64,000 nucleotides of DNA, taken from Limisphaerales bacterium. GTDB taxonomy: Bacteria; Verrucomicrobiota; Verrucomicrobiia; Limisphaerales; SXTU01. Below, in pieces: positions 38,201-46,213 of the stretch. A program made the position numbers and the translations under genes. The stretch is taken from positions 959 to 64,958 of the forward strand of contig JBEBFV010000001.1 in the NCBI GenBank assembly GCA_040081795.1, given 5' to 3'. The notes under the pieces were generated by a model. It ran no database searches. It was not told the DNA's origin and saw only the letters and a list, made by a program, of their open reading frames with translations. The number at the start of each line of letters is the position of its first letter. The stretch's first letter is position 1.

Positions 38201-40500
38201 TCGTGAACTACGACGAGCTTCTCGACCGTCGCCAACTGATGAACCAAGAAGTGAAGGTCATCCGTTACAAGCAAGGCGCGACGCAGGGACGCAACATCCT
38301 GATTTCCTCAACGGCCTCGTTGAGCCTGCTGCGCTCTATGGTGCTGGGGCGCGTGAAGGACTTGAACCTGGAGTTGAGTGATGCCGAGTGCAAGGCGCTC
38401 ACCGAGAAGTTCATCAACGACGCGAATGAAATCTCCGGCGACATCGTGCTGCGTGCCGCCAAGCGCGGGCGCAACGCGAGCGAACTGATGGGCGTCGTCC
38501 TCAGCCGTTACATGATTCGTCACGAGCTTGGCGCGACGCGGCGCTTCGGTTGGTATTTCCTCGACGACTACGCCGAGTGGCTTGGCCAGCGTGAAGAACA
38601 GATTGCTGACATCCTTGCCCTCACGCCGGAGCAGACGCCGGATGGAAAATTCCAACTGGCGGTTATCGTGGCGGAGTCCAAATACATCGACCACGCCAGC
38701 CTCTCGGCGAAGCGCAAGGAGTCACAAAAACAACTGCGCGACACGGTGCGACGTATCCACGACGCCATCTTCGGCGACCCGCAGCGGCTCGACCGTGACC
38801 TGTGGCTGTCGCGTTTCTCCGACCTGATGCTGAACGGCATCCAGTTCCCAGCGAACTCGCCCATTGATTTGTCCGCATGGCGGAAGGCCGTGCGTTGCGG
38901 TGAGTGTGGCATCCACATGCGCGGCTACTCGCACGTCTTCGTATCCGGGCCTTCTGATTCACCGGAGTGCTCCGACTTCGTAACCGTGGCGGAATCCGAT
39001 GACTCGTGGCAGGAAGTCTTTTCGCGAGCGCGGCTCCGCGAATTGGTGTTGAGCTACGCCAAGGACGTGAACCCAACGCCCATCCGAAAAGCGAACGCAG
39101 GCAGCGACATCTGGACTGAGCAGACCTACCGCAAGCCGTCAGACCGTATCCAGATAGTTCACCGGCGCACGGTGGAAGTGGAACCGAACACCGGCGGCGT
39201 CGCGCCTGGCTCAGGCGGCAGTGGTTCGTCGAAGCCGACAACCTCAACGACTCCTGCAATGCCCACACCATCCCCGGCACCTGCCCCCACGTCCGCACCG
39301 ACACCGGCACCACAAGCCGCGCCAAGCGGCACATGGCCGTTCCCGCAGGTGGGCCAGCTCGTCGCCGGTTATCAGGGAGGGTCACAAGACAGCGCCGCCG
39401 ACGAGGAATGGCTGCGTCAGGTGGAGAGCAGATGCAAAGGCGCGTTGCAGCAGTTCCAGCTTCAATCGAAGTTGCTGACCAAGGCGCTCACGCCCAACGC
39501 GGCGCTGTTGAAATTCCAAGGCAGCGCCAACCTCACGGTGGAGCAGGTGCTCAAGCGGCGTTCAGAATTTTTGACCACTCACGGGCTGAACGTCATCTCC
39601 GTTCGTGCTGAACCGGGTATCGTGTCCATCGCCATCGCTCGCCCGAATCGTCGTGTGCTGCATCTCCCCGACGTGTGGAAGAACTGGAACCCGGTCTGCG
39701 CCCACGGCAATCACGACCTGCTCATCGCGGTGCGCGAGGAAGACAGCAGCCCGCTGTTCATTTCCCCGAAGTCCAACGCGCCGCACACGCTCATCGCTGG
39801 CTCGACCGGCAGCGGCAAGTCGGTGTTGATGCAAAACATCATCTTGGGCATCGCCTGCACCAACACGACCGCGCAGGCGAACATTGTTCTGATCGACCCG
39901 AAGCAGGGCGTGGACTACTTCGCCTTCGAGGGCTTGCCGCATCTCCAAAGCGGCATCATCGAGGCGCAGGACAAGGCTGTTCACACGTTGAACGAACTCG
40001 TCGTTGAGATGAACCGGCGCTATGCCGTCCTCAAGGAGAACAAGGTTTCAAACATCTTCGACCTGAACAAAAAGCCGACCGCGACCGAGCGCCTGCCGTT
40101 CCTTTGGGTCATTCACGACGAGTTTGCGGAGTGGATGATGACGGAGGAATACGCTGCTGCGGTGTCCGACATCGTGGGCCGACTCGGCGTGAAGGCCCGC
40201 GCCGCAGGCATCTCGCTGGTCTTCGCGGCGCAGCGCCCGGACGCGAACGTGATGCCGATGCAGCTTCGCGCCAACCTCGGCAACCGGCTCGTGCTCCGCG
40301 TGGACGGCGAAGGCACGTCGGAAATCGCGCTAGGTGAAAAGGGCGCAGAGCGTTTGCTCGGAAAAGGTCATCTCGCCGCGAAGCTCGAAGGCGCACCCGA
40401 AATTATTTTCGGTCAGGTGCCCTACGTGGACAGCGAGTTCCTCGCTCAAGTTGTCGAGGCTTTGAAGCAGGCGGCTGCATCGTCGCCCTCGTGCCGATGA
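35218..40500 (+). CDS. Giant DptH/SspH-like protein with C-terminal FtsK/HerA-type ATPase
   Basis: ~1760 aa from ATG 35218 (ATGA overlap). A Pro/Thr/Ser/Ala-rich linker lies at ~39184-39333. It is followed by Walker A LIAGSTGSGKSVLMQN, Walker B LWVIHDEFAEWM, and LVFAAQRPD..LRANLGNRLVLRV. Confidence 0.7.
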   Translation: MTSDQLIGKVVASYLRDRLTEDDSTGVARYQLDCLLADQTAAVAKAILDDASLAALVDIRLPIHFVGEHGLPAHILTSERTTYFRNAACAKSALLVANTGDDEEQSLKELVPIGGSELLAHPALWVNWAAEGLPILAEHQHWWVKALEGLLEVRSFALDRLASYILQTRVAIEDGQTVLAALGVALPALQVPKDTAFALSLTPKNAGHPSRWKALFAQVIKKRACFLLKQTPTQALLLEDDLAESFVKVKDSIPDEIHPAIKAFIAAASGWNQQAADLAQCEWEMVKPLFDGLKKERFNLGKATLEFYDERDESLLTADERDYLERLRDNNRTEAQDEDEDFYRRHRNELKELAALKSKWDRFIFGAPIETEDFLIGLTLCLERLFDHDDAPSFKRRLKITCDRRTKKDLKELNEEAGLFFARRYRGLKSLFGNRVSWDVGDLMNFDALADQWQRASKPFRNKSAAKAALQLKFLIELEVELTTGTTETYFKQLVWMFDPNSIASEFAVDWLRLAEHPLMLCRVNREPVSGKGRYQSLDLRNVRTLSPAYDQDRGSFVSTYKKENDISLLWPANLIKAQQEGLVSEATGAKLLSLFQAFQQSYQAAVKGFAEDGLACAGMVKQAEDYGALLDTICRDAKGDRNRESLLRPLLQIGSVIVVGGRVTAIVAPWHPLRLSAMANKALQVSSLLRYLLTAENVFFGDAPLFFNELEAELAHPYCPEIVLGWHDKKPEMLSLTDHHLDYSLHESPVISNDGYDDTNESPAETSTLIVDLTKRFLSLYPHERANLSVVLYNCDSARLPYSLVDKMNELHEDEDDMRCQIILRHRDGAKLRELYERIIESSDADADTFVSSEAAKDFMARLRIGIMADQAPVPDPKDGPPADMVFLQDVIARHAGMEWYPETCVPVDSATFIPARWSRRRPSPSDDMKSVVYLCCPVQTKEGWSFITALTTFIRGDWDCVEGKRLLPARKLDFNDPQTASIFKEIHNLGNWVVNYDELLDRRQLMNQEVKVIRYKQGATQGRNILISSTASLSLLRSMVLGRVKDLNLELSDAECKALTEKFINDANEISGDIVLRAAKRGRNASELMGVVLSRYMIRHELGATRRFGWYFLDDYAEWLGQREEQIADILALTPEQTPDGKFQLAVIVAESKYIDHASLSAKRKESQKQLRDTVRRIHDAIFGDPQRLDRDLWLSRFSDLMLNGIQFPANSPIDLSAWRKAVRCGECGIHMRGYSHVFVSGPSDSPECSDFVTVAESDDSWQEVFSRARLRELVLSYAKDVNPTPIRKANAGSDIWTEQTYRKPSDRIQIVHRRTVEVEPNTGGVAPGSGGSGSSKPTTSTTPAMPTPSPAPAPTSAPTPAPQAAPSGTWPFPQVGQLVAGYQGGSQDSAADEEWLRQVESRCKGALQQFQLQSKLLTKALTPNAALLKFQGSANLTVEQVLKRRSEFLTTHGLNVISVRAEPGIVSIAIARPNRRVLHLPDVWKNWNPVCAHGNHDLLIAVREEDSSPLFISPKSNAPHTLIAGSTGSGKSVLMQNIILGIACTNTTAQANIVLIDPKQGVDYFAFEGLPHLQSGIIEAQDKAVHTLNELVVEMNRRYAVLKENKVSNIFDLNKKPTATERLPFLWVIHDEFAEWMMTEEYAAAVSDIVGRLGVKARAAGISLVFAAQRPDANVMPMQLRANLGNRLVLRVDGEGTSEIALGEKGAERLLGKGHLAAKLEGAPEIIFGQVPYVDSEFLAQVVEALKQAAASSPSCR

Positions 40501-40588
40501 CTAACCCCATCAGCCGTGACAGCGCCTCGACTTCAAAGGCGACCTCCCAGCCGGGGACGAAGGTAGGCGGTCGCTCGAAACCATTCGC

Positions 40589-41671
40589 TCAACACGAGGC
40601 GTCGAACATCTCCTTGGCCTGCTCGTATTCCGTCGCCACGTCAAAACCAATGTCAGTGCCAGGAGCCAGACGCTGCATCGCAACGTGGAGGAAACACACC
40701 ATCGCCAGACCGGAGAAGTCGCCTTCCAGCCCCTTGAGCCGGTAACGACGGTCGGGATCGTGGACTGCAAATCCATCGCGGCCCGCTAGGGCGAGTTCGA
40801 GGCACAACTTCTTGAGTTCGTCCGGCGACAATTTTGCCACCCGTTGCAGCGCATCGAGGCAGTAGTGCACTGCGTCCTGTCTCGGAACCACTTTCCGAAT
40901 CCGGTCGAAGCCGGATTGTGCCAGCAGATTGCTGCCCGTCCGCGCCTTGTCCGCCAGTTCACCGTGCGGGTTTAGCTTGATGGCGGCCCCATAGGCATCC
41001 TGAGCTTCCTTCGTGCGCCCAGCGAGCCGACACGCATCCGCCAGCCCCAGCCAGGCGATCTGATCGTCCGGCAGCAGTTGCGTGGCCGTCTGGTAATGTG
41101 CCACGGCCTCGTCGCTTTGCTCGGTCTGAACCAGCATGGCTCCCAGGTTCCGGTGTGCCCATGGATTCTTTGGCTCCTGCCTGACTGCCGCCCGCAGCAC
41201 CGCCACCGCCTCGTCACAGCGGCCCATGCGCCCAAGTGCCATACCCAGTGCAACCGGGATGTTGGTGTCGTTGGGATTAAGCTCTGCCGCCTGCCGCAAG
41301 CAGTGTTCCGCCCGCTCCAAGCGCCCGGCATCACTCAGGGCCAGCCCAAGATTGTAGAGCACGACGGGATCATCCGGGTGGTTGCTCAAGAACAACTCCA
41401 GCAGTTGGATGCCCTCGGCCTGTTTGCCCTGTTGAAGTTTCTGGACAATCGCTGCCATCGGATTGGGCCGCTGGCTGTCCGGATCCCAGGCCACGGAAAT
41501 GGTCTGGTCGTCCACGCGGATCGTGGCGTGTCCGCCGAAGCCCTTGAACTCCCCTGCGAGGAAGCCGTTGATCGCCTCACGAAACGCGGGCGTGCCTGCC
41601 TGCCGGGCTGCTGCTGGCAGCAGGCTGGTGTCGAACGCGGAAGCGGCGATGGAAAAGGAGAGCGTGGCCAT
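40589..41671 (-). CDS. Tetratricopeptide-repeat protein
   Basis: 360 aa with multiple TPR-like units (..YNLGLALSDAGRLERAEHCLRQAAELNP.., ..AWLGLADACRLAGRTKEAQDAYGAAIKLNP..). Confidence 0.75.
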   Translation of the reverse strand: MATLSFSIAASAFDTSLLPAAARQAGTPAFREAINGFLAGEFKGFGGHATIRVDDQTISVAWDPDSQRPNPMAAIVQKLQQGKQAEGIQLLELFLSNHPDDPVVLYNLGLALSDAGRLERAEHCLRQAAELNPNDTNIPVALGMALGRMGRCDEAVAVLRAAVRQEPKNPWAHRNLGAMLVQTEQSDEAVAHYQTATQLLPDDQIAWLGLADACRLAGRTKEAQDAYGAAIKLNPHGELADKARTGSNLLAQSGFDRIRKVVPRQDAVHYCLDALQRVAKLSPDELKKLCLELALAGRDGFAVHDPDRRYRLKGLEGDFSGLAMVCFLHVAMQRLAPGTDIGFDVATEYEQAKEMFDASC

Positions 41672-41677
41672 GTCTCG

Positions 41678-42619
41678 TTACTTCGGAGCCGAGTATGGCA
41701 CCCACTGATACCAGCCCGCGACACCCAGTTTATCCGCCCAGGCGTCGATGACTGCCCGGTCGTTCTCGGCCACGTCCGGCGTGGCTTCCCAGATCGCCAG
41801 CAACTCCTGCCCGGCCTGAAGGTAGCCAGCCGCCTTGAACGGGAGCACCAGCTGCGGCTGGTTCAGCCGGGCCGCCCAAAAGGCTGCGAATGCCGCGCTG
41901 ATCGCCTGCGAAGCATCGTAAATCTTCGGCGGGGAAACCTGACGGTGCTTTGGCGCAAGCGTGGTTATCGAGTCCTGCAACTGCCGCAGCACTGACGCCT
42001 GCTGCAACTCTGCCAAGGCTGGAAACTCGGTCGCCAGCCACCGGTCCACCCGCATCCCCAGCGGGATGGAGCGCAAGTGATTCAGCAGCCCGTCACGGAG
42101 AATCTGGCAGAGCTGCGGCAGTGCTTGTGGAGGCAGCGCCTTTCCGACCGGATGGGCTTTCACCAGGTGCTCGACGGCGGCGTCACCGACCGGGGAGGCG
42201 GCGAAGTCGAAACGCTTGTCCGGCGGCGTGTCGAAGAGCCGCAGGATGAAACCGGCCTGCGCGCAGATCAGATAGTCGGGCGGGGCCGAGCTGTCAGGCC
42301 GGTAGCTCACGCGGTGCAGGGCCAGCGCGCCGCGTGCCATCACGACCCTGGCCAGAATGGTGCCCGGCAGACTGGGATCGGGTTCAACATGGACGGGGAT
42401 TCCCGACCGCGTTTCCACCAGCCTGAGCACCGTCTGGGTTATCTCGCTGAGACTCATGTGCGCGCCACTGTCTGCCCTTGGTAGTGAATTCCCCACAGAA
42501 AGGCGAGCGACGAATCCCGTCGCAGGCCGGGTTTTCGTCACACCAACCGCCGCGCAGCCGTCCGCCAGCGCGCTCCCGGCAACCCGTAGTTTGGCTCCGT
42601 AGTTTGGCTCCGTTGCCAT
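41678..42619 (-). CDS. Hypothetical protein (likely start MSLSEITQ at 42457)
   Basis: Long ORF immediately upstream of the TPR gene. A ~130-bp piece of it is duplicated at 44448-44575. Confidence 0.5.
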   Translation of the reverse strand: MATEPNYGAKLRVAGSALADGCAAVGVTKTRPATGFVARLSVGNSLPRADSGAHMSLSEITQTVLRLVETRSGIPVHVEPDPSLPGTILARVVMARGALALHRVSYRPDSSAPPDYLICAQAGFILRLFDTPPDKRFDFAASPVGDAAVEHLVKAHPVGKALPPQALPQLCQILRDGLLNHLRSIPLGMRVDRWLATEFPALAELQQASVLRQLQDSITTLAPKHRQVSPPKIYDASQAISAAFAAFWAARLNQPQLVLPFKAAGYLQAGQELLAIWEATPDVAENDRAVIDAWADKLGVAGWYQWVPYSAPK

Positions 42620-42647
42620 CAGTTCTCCCGTGTGCTATCCTAGCTCC

Positions 42648-42902
42648 ATGCTTCAGAAGAAACTTGGCCGACGGATTGCCGACCTGCGCAGGACGCAGAA
42701 GATGCCACAGACAGAACTGGCGAAAAGGATCGGCTGCTCGGTGTAGTTCATCAGCCTGGTTGAGCGGGGAGTGAACGCGCCTTCCGTGGCCGGGTTGGAG
42801 AAGTTTGCCAGGGTGCTCAAGGTGGAGGTCGTGGACTTGTTCAAATTCACGGGTCGAAAGCCAACGCGCATCAGCAAGGGGGGAGCATGGCCGAAAATCT
42901 AA
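42648..42902 (+). pseudogene. XRE-family HTH regulator with in-frame TAG
   Basis: MLQKKLGRRIADLRRTQKMPQTELAKRIGCSV-TAG(42744-42746)-FISLVERGVNAPSVAGLEKFARVLKVEVVDLF is a textbook Cro/C1 HTH split by one stop codon. Confidence 0.6.
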
Positions 42903-43381
42903 TTCTCTATCAGTTCAGTCGGCTGAAGGTGCAGGACGGGAACTTCACCCATTTCCTGAGCCTGTATGGACCGGACAAGCTGCCCACGGGCCGTCGGCAG
43001 CGGATGCTGATGAACACGTTCGTCTTCTGCATCGAGGGCTGGGACGATGATGAGCGGGAGCTTCACTGCATCCCGGAGGTGCGGCGTTTCTACTCGGCCT
43101 TCCACGAGGCGTGGCCCTATTGGTTCTACTTCTGCAACCTCGACACCGACACGCTCAGAACGATGACGATGTGCTGCTTGCCTACGGTCACCGCCATCAA
43201 GGTTGACGGCAGCCCGAACGTGCAGGTGGAATACGAACCGACCGAGCTGCTACGGTTTCTGGCCAACGACTTCGTTCACATGAATGGAATGTGCGACCGG
43301 GGCGGGATGCGGGAGCAGGAGATCGAGGCGCGCACGCGGAGCTTGTTCGAGTATTTCAACCTGCCCTACCGGACTGAGTAG
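42887..43381 (+). CDS. Hypothetical 164-aa protein
   Basis: Clean ORF overlapping the end of the HTH pseudogene frame. No confident family assignment. Confidence 0.5.
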   Translation: MAENLILYQFSRLKVQDGNFTHFLSLYGPDKLPTGRRQRMLMNTFVFCIEGWDDDERELHCIPEVRRFYSAFHEAWPYWFYFCNLDTDTLRTMTMCCLPTVTAIKVDGSPNVQVEYEPTELLRFLANDFVHMNGMCDRGGMREQEIEARTRSLFEYFNLPYRTE

Positions 43382-43424
43382 CGACGGCACTTTCGCTTCC
43401 GGGCCGGTAGACGGCCGCTGAAGG

Positions 43425-43603
43425 TGCCGCCGCTCCCGTGACAGCCGCTCAGAACCATGCGACACTCCCCGCCATGAAACGCCTGCTGCTGCCTGCCCTC
43501 GTAGCGTTTTCCTCCCTGCTCACCGTCAGCGCCGCCGCGAAGCTCAACGTGCTGATGATTGCCATTGATGACCTGCGTCCCTCCATCGGCTCCTACGGTG
43601 AAC
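43425..43603 (+). repeat. Direct repeat 1: duplicated sulfatase upstream region plus first ~43 codons (truncated copy)
   Basis: MKRLLLPALVAFSSLLTVSAAAKLNVLMIAIDDLRPSIG is encoded from ATG 43474 and then diverges, stopping at 43647. It is about 90% identical by eye to 44598-44776. Confidence 0.7.
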
Positions 43604-43646
43604 CGCGACGGCGGCAGGGGAAATTCACATTCCTGATTGAACACTG

Positions 43647-44279
43647 ATGCCACGAGCCAGGCCAATAACTCCCAAGGAACTCGCCGAGATCAAGCAGTCG
43701 GTCGCCAAGGCGTGGGGCGAGAAGTGGCTGCAACTGACAGCGGTCAAAGACTTCAGGAAAATGCAACACTTGGAAGCCGATCTCAGCCCCGCGAAGCGTC
43801 TGCAACTGCGGATGCTTTTCAGCCTGCGTTTCATGCAGCAACGTGATTTGCGTGCCACCCCGATTCCAGATGTCATCGCCGAAGCGGTGAAGGCCAACGA
43901 TCTGGAGTTCTTCATCGAATTGGGTAAGACCCTCAAAAAGCGCCCAGCCCGTGAGGGTGATTATCCGTTGAGTCGCGGCGAAGCACCAATGCTCAACAAA
44001 CTGGAGCAATTCCTCTTGTCCCGTTGGACAACCGCAAAGGATGGGCTGCCTGAGTTGTTTTACCTCACGCCGGAGGGACTGGCGGCGGCGTGCAACCATT
44101 GGTTGAGGGCACAGCACATCACTCCCGATGCGGTTGTGAAGCTGCGCCAGCGGCTCGGCCTGAAGCCATTCAAGCGCCAGAAGATTCATGTGACGCTTGT
44201 GGATGGCAAACTACGCATCCCACAACTGGACAAACTTTCGTCCACGAATCCTGTCCACGACCGGAAACGGCGTTTGTGA
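43647..44279 (+). CDS. Hypothetical 210-aa protein carried between the sulfatase repeats
   Basis: Clean ORF with no recognised family. Confidence 0.45.
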   Translation: MPRARPITPKELAEIKQSVAKAWGEKWLQLTAVKDFRKMQHLEADLSPAKRLQLRMLFSLRFMQQRDLRATPIPDVIAEAVKANDLEFFIELGKTLKKRPAREGDYPLSRGEAPMLNKLEQFLLSRWTTAKDGLPELFYLTPEGLAAACNHWLRAQHITPDAVVKLRQRLGLKPFKRQKIHVTLVDGKLRIPQLDKLSSTNPVHDRKRRL

Positions 44280-44447
44280 TTTGCTACACACGTCGCCTGC
44301 GGAACGGGACAACGTCCGAAACGGCAGAGTCCAACGACAGAGTCCAGTGGCAAAGCCAAACATGGCATAACCCCGCGACAGAGTCCCGCGACACAGCCAG
44401 AGTGACAGTCCGTTCCGCAGTGCGACACCAATGGAAATTTGTTCAGC

Positions 44448-44575
44448 CGCAGGATGAAACCGGCCTGTGCACAGATCAAATAGTCGGGCGGTGCCGAGCT
44501 GTCAGGCCGGAAGCTCACGCGGTGCAGGGCAAGCGCGCCACGCACCATTGCGACCCTGGCCAGAATGGTGGCTGC
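44448..44575 (-). pseudogene. Fragment homologous to the 41678..42619 gene
   Basis: Encodes ..ARGALALHRVSFRPDSSAPPDYLICAQAGFILRL, matching ..ARGALALHRVSYRPDSSAPPDYLICAQAGFILRL of the full gene (nt 42238-42365). Confidence 0.6.
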
Positions 44576-44597
44576 TCATCTCCTTCGGAAACGATGA

Positions 44598-44776
44598 TGC
44601 CGCCGCTCCCCGTGACAGCCGCCTGAAACCGTGCGACACTCCGCGCCATGAAACGCCTGCTGCTGCCTGCCCTCGTAGCGTTTTCCTCCCTGCTCACCGT
44701 CAGCGCCGCCGCGAAGCTCAACGTGCTGATGATTGCCATTGATGACCTGCGCCCCTCCATCGGCTGCTACGGCGAC
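44598..44776 (+). repeat. Direct repeat 2: authentic sulfatase upstream region and 5' end
   Basis: See 43425-43603. Confidence 0.7.
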
Positions 44777-46147
44777 CCCAACGCGAAGACGCCGCACATG
44801 GACGCGCTCGCCGCACGCGGGCTGCGCTTCGAGCGGGCGTATTGCCAGCAGGCCCTCTGCTCGCCGTCGCGGATCTCGCTCCTGAGCGGACGCCGCCCCT
44901 CAACCTCGAAGATTTACACCATCGGCCCGACGCTGCGCAGCGCGATGCCCGACATCTCCACCCTGCCGCAGCATTTCAAGAACGAGGGCTATTTCACGCG
45001 CAGCCTGGGCAAGGTGTATCACGTCGGCATTGACGACCCGGCGTCGTGGAGCGTGCCGTCCTGGCAGTCGCCCAAGCCGCGTAACGGCGCGGAAGGTCAG
45101 CGCCTCATGGCCGAGCGGCGCAAGGCCTACGCCGCGAAGCAGGCCGAGCCGCCGCAGAAGGGCGAAGGCTCCATCGGCTATGCGGTGCCCGCCTTCGAGG
45201 CCCCGGACGTGGGCGACGAGGACTTGAAGGACGGTGATTGTGCGCGTGAGGGCATCGCCGCGCTGCGCGGGTTTGCGCAGAAACCGGGGCAGCCCTTCTT
45301 CCTCGCCGTCGGGTTCGCCAACCCGCACGTCCCGTGGGTCGCGCCCAAGATATACTGGAGCCTCTACGACCCGGCGAAGCTGGTCATGGCGGACAACCAG
45401 TTTCTCCCGCGCCAAGCGCCCGCGTTCGCAGCGAAGTCAGGCGATGACTTCTACTGGTATTCCTACGTGCCCAAAGACCGGAAAATCACCGAGGCGTTCG
45501 GACGGCAATGTCTCCACGGCTACCTCGCCGCGACCAGTTACATTGACGCCCAAGTGGGTCGCCTGCTCGCCGCGCTCGACGAGACGGGACTGGCGAAGAA
45601 CACGGTCGTCATCCTCTGGGGCGACCACGGCTACTACATGGGCGAGCACTCCTGGTGGGGTGGCAAGCACAACACCTACGAGGGCGCGACGCGGACGCTG
45701 CTCCTCTGCGCACTGCCGGGTCAGAAGACCGCTGGCCAGTCCACCCGTGGCCTCGTCGAGTTCGTGGACATCTATCCGACGCTGGTGCAACTGTGCGGCC
45801 TGCCGCCGCCCAAGGACGCCGCGCAGCTTGAGGGCGTGAGCTTCGCGCCGCTGTTCGAGCAGCCGAACCGCCCGTGGAAGCAGGCCGCGTTCAGCGAGTA
45901 TCCCAAGGGCGGTCCCGACGCGGACGGCAACCAAGTGAACTATCAGGGCCTCACGATGCGAACCGACCGCTGGCGCTACGTCGAGTGGACGGAGAAGCGC
46001 ACCGGCAAAATCGCCGCCCGCGAACTCTACGACCACCAGACCGACCCGCAGGAGAATGAGAACATCTTCGCCAAGGCTGACCCGGCGCTGCTCGGCAAGT
46101 TGGCGGAGCAGATGCGCGGCTACTGGAGAGCAGCTCGCCCGCAGTGA
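44648..46147 (+). CDS. Secreted sulfatase (iduronate-2-sulfatase/arylsulfatase family)
   Basis: Signal peptide followed by the sulfatase signature QQALCSPSRISLLSGRRP (C-x-P-x-R). 499 aa. Confidence 0.9.
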   Translation: MKRLLLPALVAFSSLLTVSAAAKLNVLMIAIDDLRPSIGCYGDPNAKTPHMDALAARGLRFERAYCQQALCSPSRISLLSGRRPSTSKIYTIGPTLRSAMPDISTLPQHFKNEGYFTRSLGKVYHVGIDDPASWSVPSWQSPKPRNGAEGQRLMAERRKAYAAKQAEPPQKGEGSIGYAVPAFEAPDVGDEDLKDGDCAREGIAALRGFAQKPGQPFFLAVGFANPHVPWVAPKIYWSLYDPAKLVMADNQFLPRQAPAFAAKSGDDFYWYSYVPKDRKITEAFGRQCLHGYLAATSYIDAQVGRLLAALDETGLAKNTVVILWGDHGYYMGEHSWWGGKHNTYEGATRTLLLCALPGQKTAGQSTRGLVEFVDIYPTLVQLCGLPPPKDAAQLEGVSFAPLFEQPNRPWKQAAFSEYPKGGPDADGNQVNYQGLTMRTDRWRYVEWTEKRTGKIAARELYDHQTDPQENENIFAKADPALLGKLAEQMRGYWRAARPQ

Positions 46148-46213
46148 ACTGGGCGGATGGTGAACTCAGTGGGGATTTTTTGACTGCGGCCAAACGTCCG
46201 GCCACCATCAGCC

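Larger units (their letters stand above)
8972..44597. mobile_element. Mosaic accessory/defence island (nested remnants of several mobile elements); boundaries approximate
   Basis: The left side has an integrase pseudogene plus an orphan tRNA 3' fragment. The interior has an IS630-like gene, a Rep-like gene, duplicated modules and the ssp/SIR2/dptFGH-like operon. The right side is marked by a duplicated sulfatase 5' end. Confidence 0.45.
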
